64,000 bases of DNA from an uncultured Acidobacteriota bacterium (GCA_963773045.1 CAVYZT010000009.1:257857-321856), one strand, 5' to 3'. Shown: positions 10,334 through 19,163, counted from the stretch's first letter. The notes: a model not told the origin generated them from the letters alone. A program made the numbers and translations.

Positions 10334-10585
10334 TTAGAGGAATCGCAACACGGCGGTGATCGCCTTCCCAACGGCGACGGCGAGAGCCTTGACGACCGGC
10401 AGGAGATCTCCGCGCTCGAGAACGCCAGCCGCGGTGACGGGATCGGTGAGCAGCAGCCACAAAGCCGACGCGGACACGGGCGCCAGGACCACCGCGCTCA
10501 CACTCACCGCGCTGAAAATCTTGCGGAACACGCGGCCCTTGGGTGGGGCCACTCGCGGACGATCGGTCTTGGGCCTGGGAGACAT
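10334..10585 (-). CDS. hypothetical small membrane protein
   Basis: 83-aa ATG-initiated ORF. A basic N-terminus is followed by a hydrophobic segment (IFSAVSVSAVVLAPVSASALWLLL). No family recognised. Confidence 0.35.
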   Translation of the reverse strand: MSPRPKTDRPRVAPPKGRVFRKIFSAVSVSAVVLAPVSASALWLLLTDPVTAAGVLERGDLLPVVKALAVAVGKAITAVLRFL

Positions 10586-10746
10586 CGGAGCAATTCGCTA
10601 TCTGTTTAGCGAGGAGCGTACCAACTGAATGATTCGACGTAACTCCAAGCAAACAGGTTGGTTGGGAAAGAACCAGATTTACGCCATCGCTTAGAGGTGT
10701 CCGTTTGTGGGACGCCCGAGTAGCTAGCCGAACACGATTGCTTTGG

Positions 10747-10853
10747 GGCCTTCTGCCTTCTGCCTTCTGCCTTCTGCCTTCTGCCTTCTGCCTTCTGCCT
10801 TTTGCCTTCTGCCTTTGCCTTCTGCCTTCTGCCTTTTGCCTTTGCCTTTTGTC
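10747..10853. repeat. Long direct array of GCCTTCT heptamers with GCCTTTT/GCCTTT variants
   Basis: gccttctgccttctgccttctgccttctgccttctgccttctgccttttgccttctgcctttgccttctgccttctgccttttgcctttgcc. It ends 20 nt before the YciI-like start codon. Confidence 0.9.
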
Positions 10854-10873
10854 TTCCGAGTATCCTGTCGCGC

Positions 10874-11167
10874 ATGTACGCCATGCTCATCGTCCGCTAC
10901 CGCCGCCCGCTCGAAGAGGTCGTCGCTCATCAGGAAGCGCATCGCGCCTTCCAACGGAGACTCAAGGAGGAGGGCACCCTCCTGGCCGCCGGACCTCACG
11001 AGCCACGATTTGGTGGAATGTTTCTGGTCAGGGTCCCCGACGACAACCCGCAGGCCGCTGTCGACGCCATCCGTGACGCGGACCCGGACCATCAGGCCGG
11101 CGTGGTCCAGTACCAGTCGTTGCTATGGAACGTGGTAATCGGCAAAGAAACGCTCGATCGGCTCTGA
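10874..11167 (+). CDS. YciI-family (YCII-related) small protein
   Basis: I place the start at ATG 10874 (MYAMLIVRYRRPLEEV...). The size (97 aa) and the pattern ..LLAAGP....GGMFLVRV......A...I..DP....G.. fit the YciI fold family. The ORF-track start at 10802 lies inside the heptamer array. Confidence 0.7.
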   Translation: MYAMLIVRYRRPLEEVVAHQEAHRAFQRRLKEEGTLLAAGPHEPRFGGMFLVRVPDDNPQAAVDAIRDADPDHQAGVVQYQSLLWNVVIGKETLDRL

Positions 11168-11174
11168 GAGAATC

Positions 11175-11375
11175 TTGCGATCTTGTGAGGTTGTGAGCTT
11201 GTGATCGATCGGCAGATCTGGTGATCGAGTGATCTGGAGATCGATCGGTTGATCTATCGGGCGATCTCCAGACAGTAGATCCACGAGATAGCTCAGCAGA
11301 TCGATCGACCGATCATCACATCACGAGATCATCAGATCGATCACCACATCACCACTTCACCAGATCAACAGATTC
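11175..11375. repeat. GATC-saturated imperfect inverted array (units like GTGATCG/GAGATCG/TTGATCT)
   Basis: I counted 18 GATC tetranucleotides between 11179 and 11366. The left half (gtgatcgatcggcagatctggtgatcgagtgatctggagatcgatcgg) resembles the reverse complement of the right half (..gatcatcagatcgatcaccacatcaccacttcaccagatc). Confidence 0.8.
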
Positions 11376-11471
11376 TCATCGCCGTCTTTGGCGCAGGTAT
11401 TCTCCCAGCGCCCAGGAGACGACCATCACGAGAATCACCAGGAGGATCGGGCCGATGAGGAAGCGGACCAC
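11376..11471 (-). CDS. possible 31-aa single-TM micro-protein coupled to the SSS transporter
   Basis: Below the ORF-track length cut-off. Hand translation gives (GTG)VVRFLIGPILLVILVMVVSWALGEYLRQRRR*. The GTG overlaps the transporter TAG stop by one base (TAGTG). Confidence 0.3.
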   Translation of the reverse strand: MVRFLIGPILLVILVMVVSWALGEYLRQRRR

Positions 11472-13159
11472 TAGTGTCGCTTCGGGATGAGGGCACTCAC
11501 GGCCAAGCCGACGGTCACGACGACGACGGTCGCGATGAGGTTGTGCCAGAGAAAGGCGACCTTCGTGTAGAGCGCGACGTAGACGATCGTCGCCATGCCC
11601 ACCGCCATGCCGACGAAGGCGCCGGTGCCGTTGGCGCGCTTGAAGCCGACCGCGAGGACGAAGACGCCGAGAATCGAGCCGTAGAAGAGCGACCCGAAGC
11701 GGTTTACGACTTCGATGAGCGACCCGAGCTCCGCCGCGCGAATGGCGACGAGCGACGCCAGTAGTCCCCAGAATGCCGTAGCAAAGCGCGTGGCTCGAAG
11801 CAGATGCGCTTCGCTGGCGCCCGGAGCGACGAGACGTTGATAGATGTCGATCACGGTAGAGGTCGACAGCGCGCTCAGTTCGGCAGACGAGGCCGACATC
11901 GCGGCCACGAGAATCGCCGACACCAGAAGCCCGACGAGGCCAATCGGCAACTGCGTCGTCACAAACGTCGGGAACACGTAGTTCACGTCGTTGTAGGTGG
12001 TGTCGCCCGACACGGCTCGCACGATGCCGACGGCTTCGGTACGGATTCCCTTCACTTCATCCTCTGAAGCCTTGAATCGCTCCATGGATGCGGATCTCGC
12101 GGCTGGATCGCCGGCGCGGGTCGCGGCGGCCAGCTGATCCGCCGCGACCCGGCGGCCTTCGACCGCACGATCGAACCGCTGTTGCAGCGCCGCGTACTCG
12201 CCACTGCGTTCGCTCGCCAGCACCTGAGCATCGTGCGTCCCGTTGAACAGCATCGGCGGACGGGTGAAGAGGTAAAACGTGAAGGTCAGCACGCCCACGA
12301 GCAGCACCAGCGCCTGCAGGGGGATCTTCCAGTAGGCGCTGACCAGGAGCGAGGTGCGCGCCTCGTCCACCGACCGCGCCGACAGATACCGTTGCACCTG
12401 GCTCTGATCGGTGCCGAAGTACGACAAGAAGAGAAACAGCGCCGCGATAGTGCCCGACCAGAACGTGTACTGCTCGGTGATGTCGAAGCGGAAGTCGAAC
12501 ATCTGCAGCCGGCCCGTCGTACCGGCGACCCGCAGCACATCAGTGAACCCGACGGAGTCGGGAAGGCCGATCACCAGCGCGACGACGGCAGCTACGAGCG
12601 AGAGGACGACTACGACCATCTGTTTCACGTCGGTGTACGCGACCGCTCGCACTCCGCCGAACATCGTGAAGATGGTCGTCGGCAGCCCGATGAGAAGACA
12701 AGTGAGCGTGAGATTGAGCCCGAGGATCACCGACATCACGACCGCGGGAGCGGAAATCACGACGCTGCATGACAAGCTGCGAGAGAAGAGAAACAGCAGC
12801 GACGTGAACGTGCGCGTCTTCTGGTCGAATCGCCGCTCGAGATACTGGTAGGCGGTAAAGATGTTGGCCTTGTGGAAGAACGGCACTAGCGTGAGCGACA
12901 GCACGACCATGGCGATCGGCAGCGCATAGTAGTACTGCAAGAAGCGCATGCCGTTTGCGTAGCCCTGACCGGTGGTGCCGATCATCGTGATGGCCGACAG
13001 CTGTGTGGCCATCACCGACAATCCGACCAGCCACCAGGGAAGACTGCGGCCGGCGAGGAGGTATCCCTCGAGCTTCTTCGAACGTCTGGCTTGCCGCAGG
13101 CCGTCCCAGACGACCCACGTCACATAGCTGGCGACAACCAGCCAGTCGATGGGCGACAT
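11471..13159 (-). CDS. sodium:solute symporter family (SSS) transporter
   Basis: Multi-TM protein with an SSS-like N-terminus: YLLAGRSLPWWLVGLSVMATQLSAITMIGTTGQGY. Start placed at ATG 13159 (MSPIDWLVV). The upstream 15 codons of the track ORF lie in a repeat array. Confidence 0.85.
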   Translation of the reverse strand: MSPIDWLVVASYVTWVVWDGLRQARRSKKLEGYLLAGRSLPWWLVGLSVMATQLSAITMIGTTGQGYANGMRFLQYYYALPIAMVVLSLTLVPFFHKANIFTAYQYLERRFDQKTRTFTSLLFLFSRSLSCSVVISAPAVVMSVILGLNLTLTCLLIGLPTTIFTMFGGVRAVAYTDVKQMVVVVLSLVAAVVALVIGLPDSVGFTDVLRVAGTTGRLQMFDFRFDITEQYTFWSGTIAALFLFLSYFGTDQSQVQRYLSARSVDEARTSLLVSAYWKIPLQALVLLVGVLTFTFYLFTRPPMLFNGTHDAQVLASERSGEYAALQQRFDRAVEGRRVAADQLAAATRAGDPAARSASMERFKASEDEVKGIRTEAVGIVRAVSGDTTYNDVNYVFPTFVTTQLPIGLVGLLVSAILVAAMSASSAELSALSTSTVIDIYQRLVAPGASEAHLLRATRFATAFWGLLASLVAIRAAELGSLIEVVNRFGSLFYGSILGVFVLAVGFKRANGTGAFVGMAVGMATIVYVALYTKVAFLWHNLIATVVVVTVGLAVSALIPKRH

Positions 13160-13171
13160 CAGAGGCTGATC

Positions 13172-13291
13172 AAGGAAAGGCAGAAAGCAGAAGGCAGATG
13201 GCATCCGCCTTCGCTCGCATTCCGGTCGAGCGAGCTATGGCGCGATGACGAGCCGAAGCAGTAGGGCTGCGAAGGCAGCCAGAAGGCAGAA
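13172..13291. repeat. GGCAGAA-type heptamer arrays flanking a short hairpin
   Basis: aaggcagaaagcagaaggcagatggca ... gaaggcagccagaaggcagaacg, with gctcgc/gcgagc pairing between them. Same unit family as 1207 and 10747. Confidence 0.7.
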
Positions 13292-13313
13292 CGAGACATC
13301 GGCCGAGAACCCA

Positions 13314-13409
13314 TTACCGGGTGAAGAACGTCTGCGCGAGATATAGGGCTGAAAGCGTCACGACCCACACGATCAGGACGCGGACGTAGCTGCGAGTCAT
13401 GTCGCTCAT
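13314..13409 (-). CDS. possible 31-aa single-TM micro-protein
   Basis: Hand translation gives MSDMTRSYVRVLIVWVVTLSALYLAQTFFTR*. The ATG overlaps the TGA of the upstream lyase gene (ATGA). Confidence 0.3.
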   Translation of the reverse strand: MSDMTRSYVRVLIVWVVTLSALYLAQTFFTR

Positions 13410-14860
13410 AGCTGAGCGGCCCTCGCCCGAAGAGCGGACTCTGCGTGTTCGAGCGCTTCGCGCCGGCCGCACCACGCGGCGCGATCCGCCGCGAGCAGGA
13501 GCTTCGACTCGCCGATGGCTCGGCGGGTCTCACTCGGCGCCGGCCCGCCCAAGGTCGTACGGACCTCCACGAAGTGCTCGGGGCTCATCACCCTCTGGAG
13601 ATCGGCCTCGCTGTAGTGGAGCGCGCGGCCGAGAATCGCCTGGGACGCCTTGGCCAGGGCGCCTGACAGGGCGACGTCAGGGTCCTCGGTGCGAGCCTTC
13701 AACAACAAGGCGGCAATGCCATGCGCGCAACGGAACGACAGCTGATGGTCGCGCACCAGCGTATCGGCCAGCTCCGTGAGCGTGGTGCCGCCGATCCCGG
13801 CGCGCGAGGCGAGACGCGAAGTGTCGAAGGCGGCGAGACGCATCGCCGCAGCGACGAGCTTGACCATGCGGATCGCATCCCGGAACATCGAGGCCACGAG
13901 CGGCTGCAGATCGTCCTCGGTATCGACGATGTCGCCGAACGGCGTGTTGTGAACCGCCGTGACGATCGCTTGCGCCTGGCCGACGGCCTTGCTCCCGATC
14001 GCGCGCGCATGCTCGAGGGCCACGGGGTTCCGCTTCTGCGGCATGATGCTGCTGCCCTGTACGAATCCCTCGCTCAGCCGCAGATAGCCGAACTCCATCG
14101 TGCACCACAGCAGCAGGTCCTGAATGACCCGTCCGAGCCCGACGATGAGGACGCTGGTGGCTGAAACGCTTTCGAGCAGGTAGTCCACCGTCGCGATGCT
14201 GCCGTAGGTGTTGCCAGTCGGCCCGCCGAATCCCAGGAGCGCGCTCGTCCGGTTGCGGTCGATCGGGAAGCCGGTGCCGGTGATGGCGCACGCGCCGAGC
14301 GGATTGCGGTTGGTCGATTCGTACGCCGCGGCCAGCCGCGTCGTGTCGCGCTCGAGCTGCTCGATCACGGCCAGCAGGTAGTGGGCGATCGTGGACGGCT
14401 GCGCCGGCTGTGTATGGGTATGCGCGCCGTAGACCGAGTGCGTGTGCCGCTCTGCCAGCGACAGCAAGGCCTCTCTCAAATCGAGCACAGCCCCGGCCAG
14501 CGACGCGATGAACTCACGCTGCCGTATCCGGTACATCGTCATGTCGATGTCGTTCCGGCTGCGCGCCGTGTGCAGGCGGCCGGCGACGTCTTCGTCGCTG
14601 CCCTCCTTGATCAGCCGCTCGATGTAGAAGAAGAGGTCTTCGTAAGTGCCGTCGTAGAGCACTTCGCGGACCTGGCTCATCGAAATGCGATCGAGGGCGC
14701 GGCGCAGTTTGGCCGCGTCGGCGTTCGAGACGATGCCCTGCTCGGTGAGCATCACGAGATGGGCGTAGTGAATCGCGATCAGGGGAGAGAGGAGCAGCTC
14801 CTTGGCGTCCTCGAAGTTCTCGTTCAGGACGTTGGTGACATACTCCGGCGCAAACTTCAT
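13406..14860 (-). CDS. argininosuccinate-lyase-like enzyme (fumarate lyase superfamily)
   Basis: Superfamily signature GSSIMPQKRNP, plus TARSRNDIDMT and THTQPAQPST. Start placed at ATG 14860 (MKFAPEYV). The track extension to 14932 is repeat-encoded. It lacks the usual ArgH N-terminus, so the substrate is uncertain. Confidence 0.8.
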   Translation of the reverse strand: MKFAPEYVTNVLNENFEDAKELLLSPLIAIHYAHLVMLTEQGIVSNADAAKLRRALDRISMSQVREVLYDGTYEDLFFYIERLIKEGSDEDVAGRLHTARSRNDIDMTMYRIRQREFIASLAGAVLDLREALLSLAERHTHSVYGAHTHTQPAQPSTIAHYLLAVIEQLERDTTRLAAAYESTNRNPLGACAITGTGFPIDRNRTSALLGFGGPTGNTYGSIATVDYLLESVSATSVLIVGLGRVIQDLLLWCTMEFGYLRLSEGFVQGSSIMPQKRNPVALEHARAIGSKAVGQAQAIVTAVHNTPFGDIVDTEDDLQPLVASMFRDAIRMVKLVAAAMRLAAFDTSRLASRAGIGGTTLTELADTLVRDHQLSFRCAHGIAALLLKARTEDPDVALSGALAKASQAILGRALHYSEADLQRVMSPEHFVEVRTTLGGPAPSETRRAIGESKLLLAADRAAWCGRREALEHAESALRARAAQL

Positions 14861-14877
14861 CTCTAGGAGTATATAGT

Positions 14878-15031
14878 CCGGGATCCGGCAACCGGGATCC
14901 GGCAACCGGGATCCGGCAACCGGGATCCGCAACCGGAATCCGCAACCGGAATCCGCAACCGGAATCAGGCAACCGATTGCGATCGAAGCTCGTCCGCTGC
15001 CGGATGCCGGCTGCCGGATGCCGGTTCCCGG
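14878..15031. repeat. Tandem arrays (ccgggatccggcaa x3, ccggaatccgcaa x3) plus an inverted gccggatgccgg array
   Basis: Read directly from the sequence. It fills the divergent intergenic region between the lyase (-) and the acylase (+). Confidence 0.9.
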
Positions 15032-15046
15032 AACTGGGAGAATGAC

Positions 15047-17560
15047 ATGGCGCGCACGGTTCTGATGGCGTTGTTGATCGCGGTCACGCTCTCTTCGGGG
15101 GGCCGCGCCCTGAGCGATGAGAGCGGTCGTCGAGCCGAAGGGCAGGCGCCGGCGACCCGCACGCTACAGGCCGTGGGGCTGAGCCAGCCGGTCGAGATCA
15201 TCCGCGACCGCTGGGGCATCAATCACATCTACGCGCAAAACGAAGGCGACCTCTTCTTCGCGCAGGGATATGCGGCCGCGAAGGATCGATTGTTTCAGTT
15301 CGAGATCTGGCGGCGGCAGGCGACGGGCACGGTGGCCGAGATGCTCGGACGGCGCGAGCTCCGCCGTGACATCGGGGCGCGATTGCACCAGTTCCGCGGC
15401 GATCTCGACGGCGATCTCGCGCGGTACCATCCGCGCGGCAAGGCGATCATCGAAGCGTTCGTGCGCGGCGTGAACGCCTACATCGCCGAGACCGAGCGAA
15501 ACCCCGCGCTGCTGCCGATCGAGCTCAAGATGCTCGGCATCACGGCGGGACGGTGGACGCCGGCGGTCGTGATCTCCAGGCACCAGAGCCTGACGGCGAA
15601 CGTGACCGACGAGGCGCGGTTCGTGCGCGGCATGAATGCCGTCGGCGCCGACAAGCTGCGGGAGCTGCTGTACTTCCAGGGCGGCGAGCCGGTGTTCACG
15701 CTCGATCCAGCAATCGACGCGAAAGTGTTTCCCGAAAACGTGCTCGAGCTGTACTCGAGCTTTCGCGAGAGTGTGGAATTCAAGCCGGAAGATTTAGGAC
15801 AAGCGTACCGGGATCCGGCAGCCGGCAACCGGCAACGTCAAGCCGGGATCCGGCATCCGGCAACCGGCATCGCGACCGCGCCCGATCCGGCCGGCCCCCT
15901 GTCACTCGACGCCGACCCGCGTGACATCGGGTCAAACAACTGGGTGGTCGCCGGATCGCGGACGCAGAGCACGTATCCGATGCTCGCCAACGACCCGCAT
16001 CGCGTGATTGCAGCGCCCTCGCTCCGCTACTGGGTGCACTTGGTTGCGCCCGGATGGAATGTGATTGGCGGCGGAGAGCCGGTGCTGCCGGGCGTGTCGA
16101 TCGGCCACAACGAACATGGCGCGTGGGGGTTGACGATTTTCGGCCAGGACAGCGAAGACCTCTACGTCTACGACACCAACCCGGCAAACACGAACGAGTA
16201 TCGCTACCGCGGCGGCTGGGAAGCGATGCGCGTGATGACGGAGAGCATCGCCGTCAAAGGCGAGAAACCCGAGACCGTCGAGTTGAAATACACGCGTCAC
16301 GGCCCTGTGTTGTTCGAGGACAAGACCAATCACAAGGCCTATGCGCTGAGGGCGGCGTGGATGGAGCTGGGAGGCGCGCCGTATCTGGCCAGCCTGCGGA
16401 TGGATCAGGCCAAGACGTGGGAAGAATTCCGCGAGGCTTGCGCCTTCAACCACATGCCCTCAGAAAACATGGTGTGGGTCGATCGGCACGGGACCATCGG
16501 CTGGCAGGCGGCAGGGGTGCAGCCGCTCCGCCGCAACTGGAGCGGGTTGCTCCCGGTGCCCGGCGACGGCCGCTACGAATGGGACGGCTTCTTTCCGATC
16601 ACCGCGCTTCCCCACGAGACGAACCCGGCGCGCGGCTTCGTCGCCACGGCGAACAACTACCTGTCGCCGAACGACTATCCTTGGCCGGAAGCGCAGCACT
16701 ACGAGTGGACCGATCCGTTCCGCGCATCACGCATATCAGAAGTGCTCGGCTCCGGACGACTGTTCACCGTCGGTGAGATGGTGCGGTTGCAGAACGACGA
16801 CCTCTCGATCATCGCCCGCGCGATTGTGCCGTTGCTGCGCGATCTCAAACTCGCGCCGGCATCGGCCAAGGCACGCGACACGCTGACCACATGGGACTAC
16901 GTCCTCGACAAGGACTCGGTCCCCGCTGGCGTGTACGCGATGTGGTTTCGACGGGTGCTCGCCAACACCAGGGACGTGGTGGTGCCGCCGGTACTGCGCA
17001 CTGCAATGGGCGGCAATTTCGTCTCGACCAGGCGGTTGATCGACTGGCTGCACTCGCCCGACGGCCGCTTCGGCGCTGACCCGATCGGGGGGCGCGACGG
17101 GGTGCTCGGCAAAAGCATGGACGAAGCCGTCGCCGAGCTCACCAAGCGGTTCGGGCCGGATATGACCGGGTGGAGATACGGACAAGAAGGCTTCCACCAT
17201 GCGTTGGTGCAGCATCCCATGACCAACGCCGTGAACGCCGCCACGCGAGCGAAGCTCAACGTCGGACCGCTGTCACGCGGCGGCGATGGCACGACGGTGA
17301 GCGCGACCGGCAACAGCGACAACCAGACCTCGGGCGGATCGCTCAAGATCGTCGCCGACACCGAGGATTGGGATAACTCGGTCGGCTTGAACACGCCGGG
17401 ACAATCCGGCGATCCCGACAGTCCGCACTACCGCGACCTCTTCGAGCTCTGGGCACGAGGCAAGTACTTCCCGATTGCCTACTCGAAGAAGAAGGTCGAC
17501 TCAGTCGCTGAAAGCGTCACGCGACTGACGCCCAACACAGCGTCCACCCAACAACGATGA
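15047..17560 (+). CDS. penicillin-acylase-family Ntn hydrolase (peptidase S45)
   Basis: 837 aa. Signal peptide, then RDRWGINHIYAQNEGDLFFAQGYAAAKDRLFQ (alpha-subunit start) and a GSNNWVV nucleophile-Ser motif (Ser codon at 15932). The C-terminal GQSGDPDSPHY motif is present. Confidence 0.9.
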   Translation: MARTVLMALLIAVTLSSGGRALSDESGRRAEGQAPATRTLQAVGLSQPVEIIRDRWGINHIYAQNEGDLFFAQGYAAAKDRLFQFEIWRRQATGTVAEMLGRRELRRDIGARLHQFRGDLDGDLARYHPRGKAIIEAFVRGVNAYIAETERNPALLPIELKMLGITAGRWTPAVVISRHQSLTANVTDEARFVRGMNAVGADKLRELLYFQGGEPVFTLDPAIDAKVFPENVLELYSSFRESVEFKPEDLGQAYRDPAAGNRQRQAGIRHPATGIATAPDPAGPLSLDADPRDIGSNNWVVAGSRTQSTYPMLANDPHRVIAAPSLRYWVHLVAPGWNVIGGGEPVLPGVSIGHNEHGAWGLTIFGQDSEDLYVYDTNPANTNEYRYRGGWEAMRVMTESIAVKGEKPETVELKYTRHGPVLFEDKTNHKAYALRAAWMELGGAPYLASLRMDQAKTWEEFREACAFNHMPSENMVWVDRHGTIGWQAAGVQPLRRNWSGLLPVPGDGRYEWDGFFPITALPHETNPARGFVATANNYLSPNDYPWPEAQHYEWTDPFRASRISEVLGSGRLFTVGEMVRLQNDDLSIIARAIVPLLRDLKLAPASAKARDTLTTWDYVLDKDSVPAGVYAMWFRRVLANTRDVVVPPVLRTAMGGNFVSTRRLIDWLHSPDGRFGADPIGGRDGVLGKSMDEAVAELTKRFGPDMTGWRYGQEGFHHALVQHPMTNAVNAATRAKLNVGPLSRGGDGTTVSATGNSDNQTSGGSLKIVADTEDWDNSVGLNTPGQSGDPDSPHYRDLFELWARGKYFPIAYSKKKVDSVAESVTRLTPNTASTQQR
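15808..15872. repeat. CCGGATC/CCGGCAA heptamer array embedded in frame inside the acylase gene
   Basis: ccgggatccggcagccggcaaccggcaacgtcaagccgggatccggcatccggcaaccggcatcg encodes RDPAAGNRQRQAGIRHPATGIA. It ends 60 nt upstream of the nucleophile Ser codon. Confidence 0.85.
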
Positions 17561-17568
17561 CGGACATG

Positions 17569-17680
17569 GCCACGGAGACGCGGAGACACGGAGCCAATTC
17601 GTTTAGTGAATCTTCCTGGCTGCCTGCCGAACGGCGCTTTTGATTGCGTTTCTCCGCGACTCCGCGCCTCCGCGGCTTCG
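17569..17680. repeat. Inverted arrays of the CGGAGAC / GTCTCCG family
   Basis: ccacggagacgcggagacacggag faces ctccgcgactccgcgcctccgcgg. It lies between convergent genes. Confidence 0.8.
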
Positions 17681-17691
17681 TTCGTCGTCAT

Positions 17692-18213
17692 TTAGATAGC
17701 GAGACCGTAGCGCTCACGCAGGATACCCAGGTGATGCTCCGCGTGGCCGGCGAGGATCCACGTGAGCGCCCGCGCGGTGATGGCAGCGTTGTTGGCGGTC
17801 CCCTGATGTGCGATCGCCGTGGCGTCGAGCGAGTGACACAGCGCGAGCGATGCCGCGCGCACCGCCGACATCTCTTCGGCGATCTCCTTGATGGCCCGAT
17901 GCGCATGAGGCGCGGTCACTGCCCACGCGTTCTCGTCGAAGCCGGCCAGCGGCGTCTGATCGCCGCGGGCGATGCGCAGCAGCCGATAGGCAAAGACGCG
18001 TTCGGTGTCGGCCATATGGCCCAGCACTTCCTTCACCGTCCACTTGCCTTCCGCGTATCGGTAACCACCACGCTCCTCGTCGAGGGCGCCAAGCTTCGCA
18101 ATCGCCGGCTGTTGCGTTTCCAGTAGCGCGACCGGCCCGCTCACCGGGACCTTGCCCACATAGCCGGCGTAGAACTTCGGATACTCGCCTTCCTGAGGCT
18201 TGGGAATCGTCAT
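17692..18213 (-). CDS. DinB-family (DinB_2) metal-dependent protein
   Basis: 173 aa from ATG 18213 (MTIPKPQEGEYPKFYAGY...). The His pattern (VLGHMADTE ... AGHAEHHLG) is typical of the DinB four-helix bundle. The ATG overlaps the upstream TGA (ATGA). The rest of the 332-aa track ORF is Arg-rich read-through. Confidence 0.75.
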   Translation of the reverse strand: MTIPKPQEGEYPKFYAGYVGKVPVSGPVALLETQQPAIAKLGALDEERGGYRYAEGKWTVKEVLGHMADTERVFAYRLLRIARGDQTPLAGFDENAWAVTAPHAHRAIKEIAEEMSAVRAASLALCHSLDATAIAHQGTANNAAITARALTWILAGHAEHHLGILRERYGLAI

Positions 18214-19163
18214 CGTGACAGCAATCCTTCCGTGTCCTTCGGGGTCGTGGTCTCGCTGCCGATGAGCCGCGCGGCGATCTCGCCGAGCGTCGTCAGGCCG
18301 TGGACATCCGACGGCAACTGCGGCAGATGAGTCATCGAGTGGCTGGCGAATCGTCGAGCGATCTCGTCGAGATACACCTGCTCCTGCTGACGGCGGGATC
18401 GCAGGAACGGATCGGGACTCGAATCCGGCAGCACGCGATTCACCACCAGGCCGCCAAGGTTCACGCCGGCCTCGGCGAGCTGCTCGATCGCGCGCGCCGT
18501 CTCCTCGATGGGAAGACGTTCGGGCACGAGCACCAGCACGAACGCCGTGGTGCGCGGACTGAGGAGCCGGCCGCGAAACTCGCGCAGCCGCTCGAGCCGA
18601 TCCGACAACGACCGCATGATCGGATCGTTCGAGTCGTCTTGATCGGCACCCAGCATCGCTTGACGCGACCGGGAGAGCGCCCGAATCCACGCCTCCATCA
18701 ACTCCGGCATCTGAATCAAGCGCAGGGTGTGCCCCGTCGGCGCGGTGTCGAAGACGATCAGGTCGAACTGCGTGTCCTCGCCGCGAATCAGCTCACCCAT
18801 ACGATCGAACAGCGCCACCTCTTCGGCGCCGGGCATGCTGGCGGCGAGATCGATCTGGCGCCCCGCCTCCTTCAAGATGTGCGGGCCGAACAAGGCCTTG
18901 ATGTGATCCTTCACCTTGGCAACGTAGCGCCGGGATTCGAAGCCGCCATCGATCTCCAGGCCGGTAAGGCCCGGCAGCAGCTCCACCGGCTCAGGACCGA
19001 TCGGGCGCTCGAAGAGATCCGACGTCGAGTGCGCCGGATCGGTGGACACCAGCAGCACGCGCCGGCCGGCACGGCTGGCGGCCAGCGCCATGGCGGAGGC
19101 GCACGTGGTCTTCCCGACGCCGCCTTTGCCGCCAAAGAACAGGATGCGCTGGTTCAGCAGCAT
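18210..19163 (-). CDS. ArsA/GET3-family P-loop ATPase
   Basis: Start at ATG 19163. ILFFGGKGGVGKTTCASAMAL deviant Walker A, STDPAHS, DTAPTGHTLRL. Confidence 0.85.
   Translation of the reverse strand: MLLNQRILFFGGKGGVGKTTCASAMALAASRAGRRVLLVSTDPAHSTSDLFERPIGPEPVELLPGLTGLEIDGGFESRRYVAKVKDHIKALFGPHILKEAGRQIDLAASMPGAEEVALFDRMGELIRGEDTQFDLIVFDTAPTGHTLRLIQMPELMEAWIRALSRSRQAMLGADQDDSNDPIMRSLSDRLERLREFRGRLLSPRTTAFVLVLVPERLPIEETARAIEQLAEAGVNLGGLVVNRVLPDSSPDPFLRSRRQQEQVYLDEIARRFASHSMTHLPQLPSDVHGLTTLGEIAARLIGSETTTPKDTEGLLSR

Noticed and set aside
10606-10890. 94-aa ORF encoding KAKAKGRRQKAKAEGKRQKAEGRRQKAEGRRQKA, plus + strand ORFs encoding LPSAFCLLPSAFCLLP
   Set aside because: These are pure translations of the GCCTTCT heptamer array in different frames. 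There is no flanking protein-like sequence.
11179-11366. Replication origin (oriC), suggested by the extreme GATC density
   Set aside because: I found no convincing DnaA boxes; the best match, agatccacg, has 3 mismatches to TTATCCACA. There is no AT-rich unwinding element and no dnaA/dnaN/gidA-type neighbour. The architecture matches the other heptamer-array hairpins.
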